NCBI GenBank assembly: GCA_044892505.1 | Contig: CM097882.1 | Location: forward strand, 153,202,001-153,266,000 | Source of the DNA: Schmidtea nova | Taxonomy: Eukaryota | Length of the DNA: 64,000 bases | Direction of reading: 5' to 3' | In this document: positions 33,345 to 45,627 of the stretch, piece by piece | Layout: each line of letters begins with the position of its first letter | Position numbering within the stretch: the first letter of the stretch is position 1 | The notes under the pieces: model-generated | Seen by the model: the letters and a program-made list of their open reading frames with translations, nothing else | What the model was told of the DNA's origin: nothing | The model's database searches: none | Program-made: the position numbers and the translations under genes

Positions 33345-34075
33345 CCTTCCAGAATTAATTTCCAAACTTATTGTTATAATCCGAACTAAAATAAATTTTT
33401 ATAAAAAGAAGATCCCTTCCAGAACTAATTTCCGAACTTATTGTTATAATCCGAGTTAAAATAAATTTTTATTAAAAGACGATCTCTTCCAGAATTAATT
33501 TCCGAGCTTATTGCTATAATCCGAGCCAAAATAAAATTATATTAAAAGAAACTATAAAAAGATTTCCAGGATAAATTATCAAAAGATTTTGTTCCAGTAG
33601 ATATATTTCCCCGTGTTAACACACCCAAAAGTAACTTTTTCGTGGTTTTTTATTGTCCTGTTCATAATAAATTTTAGTAAATTAATATTAGTTCAGTTTA
33701 TTTTATAATAGCATATACACCTTTTTAGATTTAATTGTTGTATTATTATCACTGTAATCGCACGACACAGCACACACCCGAGTGTCGGCACATTAATAAC
33801 GTCGGACTCTCTCGGGATCTACAACTCTTCTCTACATTATTATTATGAAATTACATGAAATTACCATCACCAAGGCAAATAAGACAGTTAAATTACATTT
33901 CACAATTCAAAATAATAAAAATAAATATTAACAAGCACAATAAAATATGGGGGGGCCCAGGTGACCGCAAAGGCACCGTCCATAACAATGACGGCGCTTA
34001 TAACCTCACCAGCAAATAAACATCTAAAAATGACAATAAAATGTGACATTCACATAATCTCACTTCTGACACCAG

Positions 34076-35068
34076 TTATTATAATCTATGCGCGGTTGCA
34101 ATTTGTGTTTTTAATTTGTTCTATGCGTGAATGTAGAGAAGAGTTGTAGATCCCGAGAGAGTCCGACGTTATTAATGTGCCGACACTCGGGGTGTGTGCT
34201 GTGTCGTGCGATTACAGTGATAATAATACAACAATTAAATCTAAAAAGGTGTATATGCTATTATAAAATAAACTGAACTAATATTAATTTACTAAAATTT
34301 ATTATGAACAGGACAATAAAAAAACCACGAAAAAGTTACTTTTGGGTGTGTTAACACGGGGAAATATATCTACTGGAACAAAATCTTTTGATAATTTATC
34401 CTGGAAATCTTTTGATAGTTTCTTTTAATAAAATTTTATTTTGGCTCGGATTATAGCGATAAGCTCGGAAATTAATTCTGGAAGAGATCGTCTTTTAATA
34501 AAAATTTATTTTAACTCGGATTATAACAATAAGTTCGGAAATTAGTTCTGGAAGGGATCTTCTTTTTATAAAAATTTATTTTAGTTCGGATTATAACAAT
34601 AAGTTCGGAAATTAATTCTGGAAGGGATCTTCTTTTTATAAAAATTTATTTTAGTTCGGATTATAGCGATAAGCTCGGAGATTAATTCTGGAAGAGATCT
34701 TCTTTTAATAAAATTTATTTTAATTCGGATTATAGCAATCTGTTCGGAAATTGATACTGAAAGGGATCTTCTGTTGTAATTTTCTTTTACAATTTATTGC
34801 AAACAATATTTAATTTTTCTTCCCCAAAAAAAATCGATTTAATTAATTTGTGATTTGGCTTACTATAGCAAATTGCTATAGTAAGCCAAATTCAAATTTT
34901 AAATAAAAATAATTATAATAATTACAATAATAAAAATAAATATTAACAAGCATAATAAAATATGGGGGGCCCAGGTGACCGCAAAGGCACCGTCCATAAC
35001 AATGACGGCGCTTATAACCTCACCAGCAAATAAACATCTAAAACTGACAATAAAATGTGACATTCACA
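34076..35068 (-). repeat. Outermost 5' LTR
   Basis: Near-identical to 27235-28228 (only a few substitutions and indels by eye); followed by TSD GTAG. Confidence 0.92.
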
Positions 35069-35689
35069 GTAGTCAACAGAATTTATTAGTCCGTCATTGG
35101 AAAGAATTGAAGGTGACTATAATTACTTTTGATAATAAATAAAATATATTTAAAAAAAATCATTTTTTAATTGTCAAAGTCCAAAATATTTTTTTGTTAG
35201 TGCAAACATGGTTTACCCCTATAGACTTATTACTTTTAATTATTTACTTGTTAGTGTTAACTTAAAAATTATTACTACTTAATATAATTTAATAATTTCA
35301 TATGAAGATCTCTGATTAGCTTTTGTTTAAATAAATGGTTTTGCTTAAATAAATATTTTGTTTAAATAAATGGTTTTAGTAATATATTTATATTAATTTA
35401 GAAAAAATAAGAATAAATATAGAAAAGGTTTTTTGCACTAATTTACAAGAATTATTTTGTAGCATTTCTTGTATAATATTTACTATTTTGAATTATAAAT
35501 GGATAAGATTACTGTTTTTTTGAATAACAATTAGAACAAATTATTTTACAAATGCAGTAAGAATATAAAAATAAAATTTAAAGTGGTGACTCTTGATAAA
35601 TTTTTTTTAATATTCGATAAATTAGATAATCAAAATACTGTATGAAAAATGTTAACAATTTTAACCAAATATTATACTATCGTATATTT

Positions 35690-35836
35690 CAGCGGTCGGG
35701 AAACCGGGGTAAATTACCCCAAGTGGAGTAAAAATGAAAATTTACATTGATTGTTTTCTTTTCAGAATGGGGGGGATAATATCGACTGACGCAAAGATAT
35801 TTTCTGGTAATGGTTAAAAAAGTTCCCCAACCGCTG
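35690..35836. mobile_element. hAT-type MITE with perfect 8-bp TSD
   Basis: GTATATTT|CAGCGGTCGGGAAAC ... GTTCCCCAACCGCTG|GTATATTT. Confidence 0.85.
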
Positions 35837-37376
35837 GTATATTTGATGACAAAAATTTTCTACAATTAAATAAAAAAAACATCCCTTTTGGAAATGTTAA
35901 ATGAAATATATTTTCTTTTAAGTTCAGTCCTGAAATAATAACAATTTACAGAAAATAACATAAATATTTGGCTTTGCTTTTTTTCATTTTTTTACACTTG
36001 AAAAAGGCATTACCGAAAATTTGTGTCAGAAAAATTATATCAATTTTGATCTAATATTAAATAGTAAAAAATGAAAATATCAAAAAAAATCTTGATTTCT
36101 TGAAAAATATCTCTAAGTTTCTAAGGTTATTAAAAAGAATTTAAAGAATTATGTATATATATATATATATATATATATTTGATATAGTATAAAAAATAAT
36201 TGGTCGATGCATTTATTATTTTTCTGAAAATTATATTTACTACAAAATAATAATTTGTTAATTAAATTGATGTTCCCTGAAATGGAATAATAACCTCGGT
36301 TAAATTATTTTTTCCGTGTGACATTTCTCATTGAAATTTACCGTTATTAATCTTCGAAGAAACGAAAAAGAATTTGGAGAAATTTCTCTCTAAACTTTAA
36401 ATTCCAATATAATAGACAAGATTCTATGAATAGAAGAAATCAATAAAATCTAAACTAAAAATTTAATCTAAATGATGAGAATTAATGAATTTTATATGGG
36501 TGAAAAATCAGTCCATATCGGCCGCGAGTACTGCTAAATATTCCACGCGCGGCTTTCAAATGTCAGAATACAATTTTATCGGTTCTTCATTCAATTATGC
36601 AAGTATTAGAAAACTAATTTATGTTAATGGATTCATTAAATTCTGGCGAAATTAACAATAAATTAACCAAGTTTCCCGAGAGAATTTCGTTGAAAAAATG
36701 TGGACTCATTTTGGAGAAAGGGAGAAATAATATAGATAACTAGGAAATTTTGTTTTTCTTTTTATTTAATATTTCACGGTGATATCTTTTGACTTTATTT
36801 TATGTTTGACGTTTCCTTTCCTATGAAAGGAGACATTTTTCAACTGTCATTGAATTCAATAAATAATAAGATTTACTAATTAATTTTATTGGTGGATTTG
36901 GAAATTATTTTGCAAATTTAATAAAATTATTATTAAAAGTAAATTTTATTTTTCGTAAAGTTTTTGACTTATGAAGTTTTATTTTCATTTAGTTTTTTTT
37001 AAATAAAAATTCAAATTTTAACTGAAATAATTAAATAGTTTTGTTTTGTTTTTTATTTTATTCAATGTTAAAATATTTAATTATAGCAAGACATTTGATA
37101 CCAAATAATAATTTAAAATATAATCCTACCATACAATAAAAAAAGGTTTAAAAGTAGAGTTTTGGTAACTCCAGTAACTTGAAAGCGTAAAAAATGACTC
37201 CGACTCAACTTACACCTAAGTGTTAATAATAAAATATTTTTGCCGTTTTTTACTCTTACCAAAAATTAAAAACTGACTGCACAGTTCTAGATGAAATATA
37301 AAATTGAAATTTCTCAGAATGTCACGAAACATTTATATATTGCATGTATTATTAATTCACAAATTACTATTATTTA

Positions 37377-37463
<87 letters not shown>

Positions 37464-37539
37464 AAAGGTTATACTTTGTCATTATTTTTATTATTATTGT
37501 TGTGATTATCATGATTATTGTCTGGTGCTGTTGTTGTGA

Positions 37540-38100
37540 AGGCATTGTACCCCCCCTATTTTTGTTAATCATGTGAATGGTTTGGATTTTAAATGGTTTA
37601 AAAAAAATAATAATAATAGTTAGGGAAAATTTTAAAAAAAAATCAATAGAAGAAATTGATTAAAATATCAAGCAAAAATTAACTGAGAAAAATGAAAATA
37701 TGATTAGGAAAGAAAAACGATGAAAACTAAGGAATAAAGAAAACGAAAATTAACCAAAGAAGCGATTAAAAACTTGAAATTAAAGACGTTAAAAAAGAAA
37801 TTGGAGAATATTAAATTGGAAAATCAAAGCAAGAAATAATTATCAAGAAAATAACAAATGATGTTTCTATGAATTTTTTTGCGTAATCATAATAAAAGTG
37901 AGTAGTTTTTTTTGTGTTATAAATAATTAAAGAAAGTTGTATTCGTTTTCAGTTATTTTTTTTTGTTACAACAAACACTCATACGCATTCACTCACACAT
38001 CTAAACAACACGCACCCCAGCTGTCCCAAGACAGACTTTTTACCGGAGACTCTGCTGGGCTCTACAAATTCCTTTACACAATATAAATTTCTCCACAATA
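37540..38100 (+). mobile_element. Possible relic LTR of a related gypsy family
   Basis: CACCCCAGCTGTCCC...GGAGACTCTGCTGGGCTCTACA at ~38013-38066 matches the conserved LTR motif. The rest is highly diverged and boundaries are uncertain. Confidence 0.35.
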
Positions 38101-39987
38101 ACATCAACTACAAAATCTTCTAAAAGACCAATCCTAAACTACACAATAAATCGTAATTCCATTAGCACAACATAACCCTCCATTACCTTTTACAATATAT
38201 ATATATATTATATATATTATATTAAAAACACACCCAATAAAAATACAAAAATGGCATAGGAATATTATACAATAAAATTTTCAATCCATTTTTAGAAAAT
38301 AAAATTATAAAATATTCTGAATAATCCAAATAAACAATTTTGTCATTTTTAAAGAAGTAAATACCATGCAAAAAAATTTGATTATTATGTAATATTTTAC
38401 ATAAACAATTAAAGAAATATAAATGTGGTAATAGTAAAATCGAGATATCTTAAAAGATAAAAAATTTATCCACTAATGATTACTTAAATAAAATTATTTT
38501 TTTTCTAAATGTTCTGAAATTGAATCAATTTTTATTACAATTTCCATTATTGTTGTTGGTTATTGTTTGGATAATAAATAAAATTTTTATAATAAGAATT
38601 TATAAACATTATCTTTAAAGTAAGAGCACAGTTGATTAAGTTAGGATAGAATGAAAACTAATAAATTAGGTCTTACGAAGCATATGTAAAGAATTCATCG
38701 CAAAGGAGCAAGAATTATTAATATGGAATATAATTTTCACAATTACCAAACAATGATAACCAAAACCACTCAAGTGAGATTGAATTTTATTTAATTACTA
38801 TAACAAATTAAATTTTTACATTTTAAATAAGCAATTCGATATTTATCATTACATAAATTTCTTTTTGATAATAATGAAATAAAATGCATCTAAATTGTTA
38901 ATATTATTTATTTTTCTCGANNNNNNNNNNNNNNNNNNNNNNNNNNNNNNNNNNNNNNNNNNNNNNNNNNNNNNNNNNNNNNNNNNNNNNNNNNNNNNNN
39001 NNNNNNNNNNNNNNNNNNNNNNNNNNNNNNNNNNNNNNNNNNNNNNNNNNNNNNNNNNNNNNNNNNNNNNNNNNNNNNNNNNNNNNNNNNNNNNNNNNNN
39101 NNNNNNNNNNNNNNNNNNNNNNNNNNNNNNNNNNNNNNNNNNNNNNNNNNNNNNNNNNNNNNNNNNNNNNNNNNNNNNNNNNNNNNNNNNNNNNNNNNNN
39201 NNNNNNNNNNNNNNNNNNNNNAATAAGCCTTTGCTGCAAAAATAATTTTCTCACCTAATAAAATTATTTTTGCAGCAAAGGCTTATTTTGTAACTTATTT
39301 ATAAATTAATTTAATACTTAATGCTGCTACAAGGNNNNNNNNNNNNNNNNNNNNNNNNNNNNNNNNNNNNNNNNNNNNNNNNNNNNNNNNNNNNNNNNNN
39401 NNNNNNNNNNNNNNNNNNNNNNNNNNNNNNNNNNNNNNNNNNNNNNNNNNNNNNNNNNNNNNNNNNNNNNNNNNNNNNNNNNNNNNNNNNNNNNNNNNNN
39501 NNNNNNNNNNNNNNNNNNNNNNNNNNNNNNNNNNNNNNNNNNNNNNNNNNNNNNNNNNNNNNNNNNNNNNNNNNNNNNNNNNNNNNNNNNNNNNNNNNNN
39601 NNNNNNNNNNNNNNNNNNNNNNNNNNNNNNNNNNNNNNNNNNNNNNNNNNNNNNNAAATGATTTAGGAAAATGAATAATTGAAGTTTTATTTTGAGTTTA
39701 TCAATCGAAATAAAAATAAATGTTTTTATTTTCAAAACAAAGATCTGGAAAATAAATATTTTGAATTCTACTAAATTTTACTTTTCAACGTATATTTCAA
39801 ACTTTTTAATAATTGATACAAAATAATTTTCAATGTAATTTTCATTACAGATATTCCGCAGAAATGTCTTTGGATAAATAATTTCCCTCACTAATGACAA
39901 TTGCATTTAAGAATATCAACTCAAAGCTGAAATTGAAAGCTATAAATTTGCTTATTAATGAATAAATTAATTGTTCATTACAATTTA

Positions 39988-40636
39988 CGTGGTGGGCCCA
40001 ATAAGTCGTGAGACTAAAATAGAAAGACTTAAGATATCAACACAAAACTTTGTATTTAGATCAAGCATCGTAAATAGGCATCATTTCTCAAAATAATTTC
40101 CTTCTGCACTGACACAATTTTCCCAGCGAATAACGAGGTTTTCGAAGGCGTTTTTTAAGAATTCTGGAGGATTTTCTCCCAGAAAACTCTCCACGGCAGC
40201 TCTCAAATCATGTTTGTTGGCAAACAGCTGGCCCCGCAGATGCTTCTTAAGATGGTTAAACAGGAAAAAATTGGAGGGAGCCAAATTGGGGCTGTATGGT
40301 GGATGGGGAAGCAAATTGAGCCACTCTGAAGGTAATTGAACCAACGATAAATTGTTGCTGTGGATGGGCATTCTTGCTGGTAAACAGCTTTCAGTTCAGA
40401 AAGAACCTCTTCTCTATTTTTTCCATTCAGAAAGAGAAAGCGAATAACGCTACGGTATTGAATAGTTTCAAGAGGCATTTTTCGAATGTTCGCAAAAATA
40501 TACTTAAACAATAATTGAGTATTAAAACAAAATACATTTTCTTTACCTATATATGTTGAAGTTTAAATATGTCTGTATCAATTTTTTTACTATTATTATT
40601 TCTATATTAGTCTCACGACTTATTGGGCGCACCACG
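39988..40636 (-). mobile_element. mariner element, internal deletion derivative of the family at 60124-61408
   Basis: TA|CGTGGTGGGCCCAATAAGTCGTGAGACTAA ... TTAGTCTCACGACTTATTGGGCGCACCACG|TA. The N-terminal (YRSVIRFLFL) and C-terminal (HPPYSPNLAPS) transposase pieces are fused at a GG microhomology. Confidence 0.92.
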
Positions 40637-42558
40637 TATTTGTGGAGAAGGATAGTGTATTTATTCCTTTAAGGTAGTTGACGTTGGAATCTTTTAAGCA
40701 ATAACTGATTATCATTATAATTAAACAGAATGACACTGAAAAAACATTTTCACTTTTACAATAGTAAGACCTTGTCCATCTTATACATTTGGGCAGAAGT
40801 CATAAACTGCATGATAGTTTGAAATTAAAAGTTAGAACCACAAGCATTTGCTATGATTGTGTAATCCACAGAGCAAATGCGAAAGAAATAAATTTATATT
40901 AATAGTTTCATAGGGCCAGTCAAAAACCTCGCCTCTCACTATATTGATATAAATATTCCTAAAAATAATATTAATTAAGTAAATAATTTTTATAAATATT
41001 TATTAGTATAATAAATAAATATTATTGAAAAAAAATATTTTGATTAAAAACAGATTAATTTTGGTTAGCTTCCGGTCAAAAGGAAATGTAAAACAAGTCT
41101 GACATGTTGATTTTAATATATAATAATCCCAATATTTTATAATTTGTATTTTCAATGATCTCAGTTTTATTATTTTTTATACAGAATATTTTTTGAAATT
41201 CAAACTAATGAAATCGTTTTTATCACCTAAAATCACAACTTTAAATTAAAAAAATTTTTTTTTCAAAAATAATTAAAATGAATTATTATTTCTTTGACTT
41301 TAAGATTAAAGAAAATTTTCACTCATGTCTGTCTCAAAACATTTATTAATTTATTTTTAAACTTTATTCAAAAGAAAATTTCTTTTAAACAATCGATGTT
41401 ATTTAAATATTACTAATTATCAATTATTTATACACATTAATTTTTTTATAAATTTATTTTATTTATTTATTTATTTATATTTTTATTTTTATATGAAATA
41501 TTTAATTTCACATCTGTGGAACATTTTAAACGAAACAATGATCACATTATTATTAATTTGTTTAATAATAATCAAAAATATTTTTATTTTAATTATTAAA
41601 AATGTTGATTTCTTTAAATTGGTTTATGAGTCGAGATAAAAAATTTCTTAGCAAATGGAAAATTTTAATTATTTTAATATTGTTTGACTGCACTGAAAAA
41701 AGGAATTTTTTAAGACCAAAAAATATATTAAATTTTACTAGACATAAATTTTAAACTTAAATATTGAAATTTTGATTTTAAAATAATAATATCAGCAAAC
41801 TCACTTTACGGACTCTGGGAGTAAAAATACAAAGTATGAACAGAGTGTCATAATGAAAAGAAATGAATGATTAACTTATCCGAAAGAGCACATTTGAAAA
41901 TAAAATAATATTTAAAAATACCTATTTATTATAAAATAAAATATTAGTCAACTCTAAAATATTACTTTAATATTATATTGATATTACCAATTTAGTAAAA
42001 GTTTTCAGAGCTGCTTATTTTTATGAAAGTTCTTAATTTTTTACAGCTAATTATAAAAGTTATGTCCTTAAAATTAGATTTTCTATGTATCAAAGTATTC
42101 ACTAATTACACAGCAGATCTATTAGGAATTTATCTATGAAAAAGCAAAAACTAAATATTTTTAATGGCAATGGATGATGTATATTTATACTGAAAATGAA
42201 GAAGTTCACTTTCTTTATTATTACCTTAGTTATAAGTCAAATCATACTATATTTTATAGATATAATGTTAAAATAACCGCACCTTATGATATAAGAAAAG
42301 AAAATTCTTTTATGCATTAGTTTAATGAAAATGACTTTTATTTTTTCATCTGATAATTATAATAATGAGACTGAAAACAATTAGACGTACATAATTGCTA
42401 AGGAAATTAATTTTATTTATTTTACAAACATTGACAACATAATCTTGAGCATAACTTATTTTTATCAATAAATTTAATATCGCTATTTATTTTTTATTAC
42501 GGACATGCTTATTAGAAAATAATTTAAATAATATTAGGAAAATCATTTATTTTTCATT

Positions 42559-42619
<61 letters not shown>

Positions 42620-44983
42620 TTGTACGCGAAATATTAAATATAATATAAATATCAAATTGAAAAATATTTATATTTATAAAAAAAATATTTAAATTAACAG
42701 TAAAATGTAAAAATGTTTAACAACATTATTTAATTTAGTTTTACTTTCATTTATCGAAAATAATAATAATTTTATTCTTTTCTTTACAAACAATATTTTT
42801 TAATTTAAAAATTATTTTATTTAAATTTTTAAAAAATCAATATTTTTACAAAATGATTCTTATGCTTTAATTTCATTTTTTCTAGAGTTATTTTACATTA
42901 TCGTTTTTATCTTTAAGTTTGGTACCCTTTGATAAATTTTTTAAAATATAATTGATATTGACAGTTTTAAGACAATAGATCAAAATTTATTCATTGGAAC
43001 ACGATTTTTCAACACAGACTTTTCAAGTTAGTTCATTGTTTCAGTGATAGAAATTTGATAAAGAATAATTCTTATTAAAGTTCTCAAATCATAAGCTTTA
43101 GTTTTTGATTTTTTTACAAATTTATATTTTTGAATTTATGATAATTTATTTATATTTAAAATTTAATAATTTAAAATTCTAATTCCAATTATCTAATTAT
43201 GATCAATCGCATGTATAGAGAAAGAAATTTTTTATATAATTACAATAGTTTCTTATTGGTTTAAAATTGTACAGGTATATTTATATTTACATTTTTATAT
43301 TTATACGTTTTAAGCATTGTGCATAATTGAATCATTGTAGACTTTTTGTAATTTTTTATTTTTAAACAAATTTTAATTATATTAATTTTTAATAATATTA
43401 TTTTTGTCATAATTTAGAGAATAGCAAATATTAAGAATAACCAAATATTATTAATTTATTACGTTTAGTATAATGAAAATGTTTTATTTCAAATCTCTAT
43501 TAATTTTAGATTCATTTATGTACTCATATTTCTTCAATTGTGAACGAGCTCATATATAATTATTCTTATCTCAACAATTTTTAAAGACTGACAAAAATAT
43601 TTAGAATTTTCAATTTTTATAATCATATATTTTAAACGAAAGAATAGTAAAGCAGTTTTGTATATAGTTTGTTTATTAAATATTTAATTATAATTAATAA
43701 AAAACCATAATCAGTATAATCAAATTCATAAAAATTATTAAATAAAAACTCATTACTAATAAATTTATTTATTTAAAAATTGAATACTCATTTGAATAAA
43801 AATAATTTATCATATATATTATATTAAAAATTATAAAATTAAAAAATTATTTAATGTTAGTAAATGTTTTTAAGCAATTATTTATTACATTTCTAAAAAT
43901 ATTAAAAGCCATTCATGCACCATATCAAAAATCACTTATTTCAACAACTATTTAATTTCACATTAAAATAATTTTCAATTACCAAATTAAATTACCAAGT
44001 ATTACATATTTCCAATAATTATTTCAACATTTTTGTCTCAGACTATCATTTTATTATAATAATTTTCATGCTGGTAGAGCCCTAGTAGCAGAACTCACTT
44101 TGTGATGGTTTTTATCTACTTGAACATTTATTACTGTTACAATTCAACTTCATTCAGCATCAATTGTTCTAATATTTTCACCCAGTAATATTTTCTCCAT
44201 TGCTTTTTAAAATATTAATTTATTTGTATTTATTTATTAATATATTTATTTATTTGGTAATTTAATTAGGCACAACACTAATATTAAACAGTTATTAAAT
44301 TATTTAATGAAGTGTACAATTTGTTATTACACCAGCATATATTGCCATAATTTTTCTGCAACTGATTCAATATTTGATGACTGTTCTCACCACAAAATTT
44401 ATTCACAATGCTATACTCGACAGGATGCAACATTATTTGACAAACTAGTAAATCAAAAAAAATTTTTTTTTTCAAATCCATGCTTTATGCGAGCAGAACT
44501 CCACTTGGCTGAGAAATTTTTTTTTGCAATTTATATTACATTTACACGCAAAATTTCTCTGAAGACACCAACACATTTACCTCTCATCCATTGTTAAATG
44601 TATGGGGAAATTCAAATTGTTATTTAGTTAACTTAATTAACTTTTTTTGGTCAAATTTATCAATTTCCATGTATTGTCACCGGAAGTGAGCAAGTGTGCA
44701 AAATTTGAAGTGAATCGGTTGAGAGAAAAGCACTAAAAAATTGATTTGTAATTTTGTGGCACACACATATATATAGAAAGCAACCTTATATAAAGCATGG
44801 AATAAATAGAAAATGTGCTCTACGACACTGTTTTGCTGGGCACTTATAGAGCGTATGACGTATTTCAAAAATCCTAACTATGCTAAACCATTCACATAAA
44901 TAAATTTACGTAATGGTTCAAGTGCTATAATATGAAAGTTTCTTGATGAGATCCAAAAGGCTTATGTATCAATGTAGGTCTGT

Positions 44984-45627
44984 GTAGTAGGATGTGTCCC
45001 CGTCAGATACAGTTTTTCCGCGACAATTACGTAATAATGACATTTACCCACTGAATTGCGTAATAATTGACCAATATTGTGTAAGGTTTGACACAATTAC
45101 GTACTATTTAACCTCAAATTACACCTCATTTAACCTCTATTACACCATACCTGACTCCCAATTATGTCATATTTGACTCAATTACTGCACATTTCAGCGA
45201 CATTACGCCATATTTGACCCCAGTTGCATCACATTTAACCCCGATTACAGCATATCTAGCATATATTACGTCGTATAAACCTTTAATCACTATTACATTA
45301 AACTTTACATTTGAACCCCGTTGACCTTTACACCTTGACCTTTAGTTGATATACTGCTACACATACGCTTACTTGTTTATGCACACATGGTAAATCATTT
45401 ACGTAATTACTACATGCACCACTGAACCACTGTACCACTGAACTACTGTACCACTGAACCCCTTTACCATTGTACCACTGTACCACTGAACCATTGTACT
45501 ACTGTACCACTGTACTACTCTACCACTGTACCACTGTACCACTGGACTACTGTACCACTGTGCGACTGACAATTATTACGCAATTATCGGGGAAGGTACT
45601 GTATCTGACGTGGACACATCCTACTAC
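44984..45627. mobile_element. Non-autonomous TIR element of uncertain class with internal minisatellites
   Basis: GTAGTAGGATGTGTCCCCGTCAGATACAGT ... ACTGTATCTGACGTGGACACATCCTACTAC. An (ACCACTGT/A)n array lies at ~45411-45562. No convincing TSD. Confidence 0.65.

Larger units (their letters stand above)
27235..35068 (-). mobile_element. Ty3/gypsy LTR retrotransposon (CsRn1-like), full length, with an extra rearranged LTR; 4-bp TSD GTAG
   Basis: GTAG at 27231-27234 and 35069-35072. Near-identical ~994-bp outer LTRs (27235-28228, 34076-35068), PPT at 28231-28243, tRNA-Leu PBS at 32686-32697, intact gag and pol. Confidence 0.95.
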
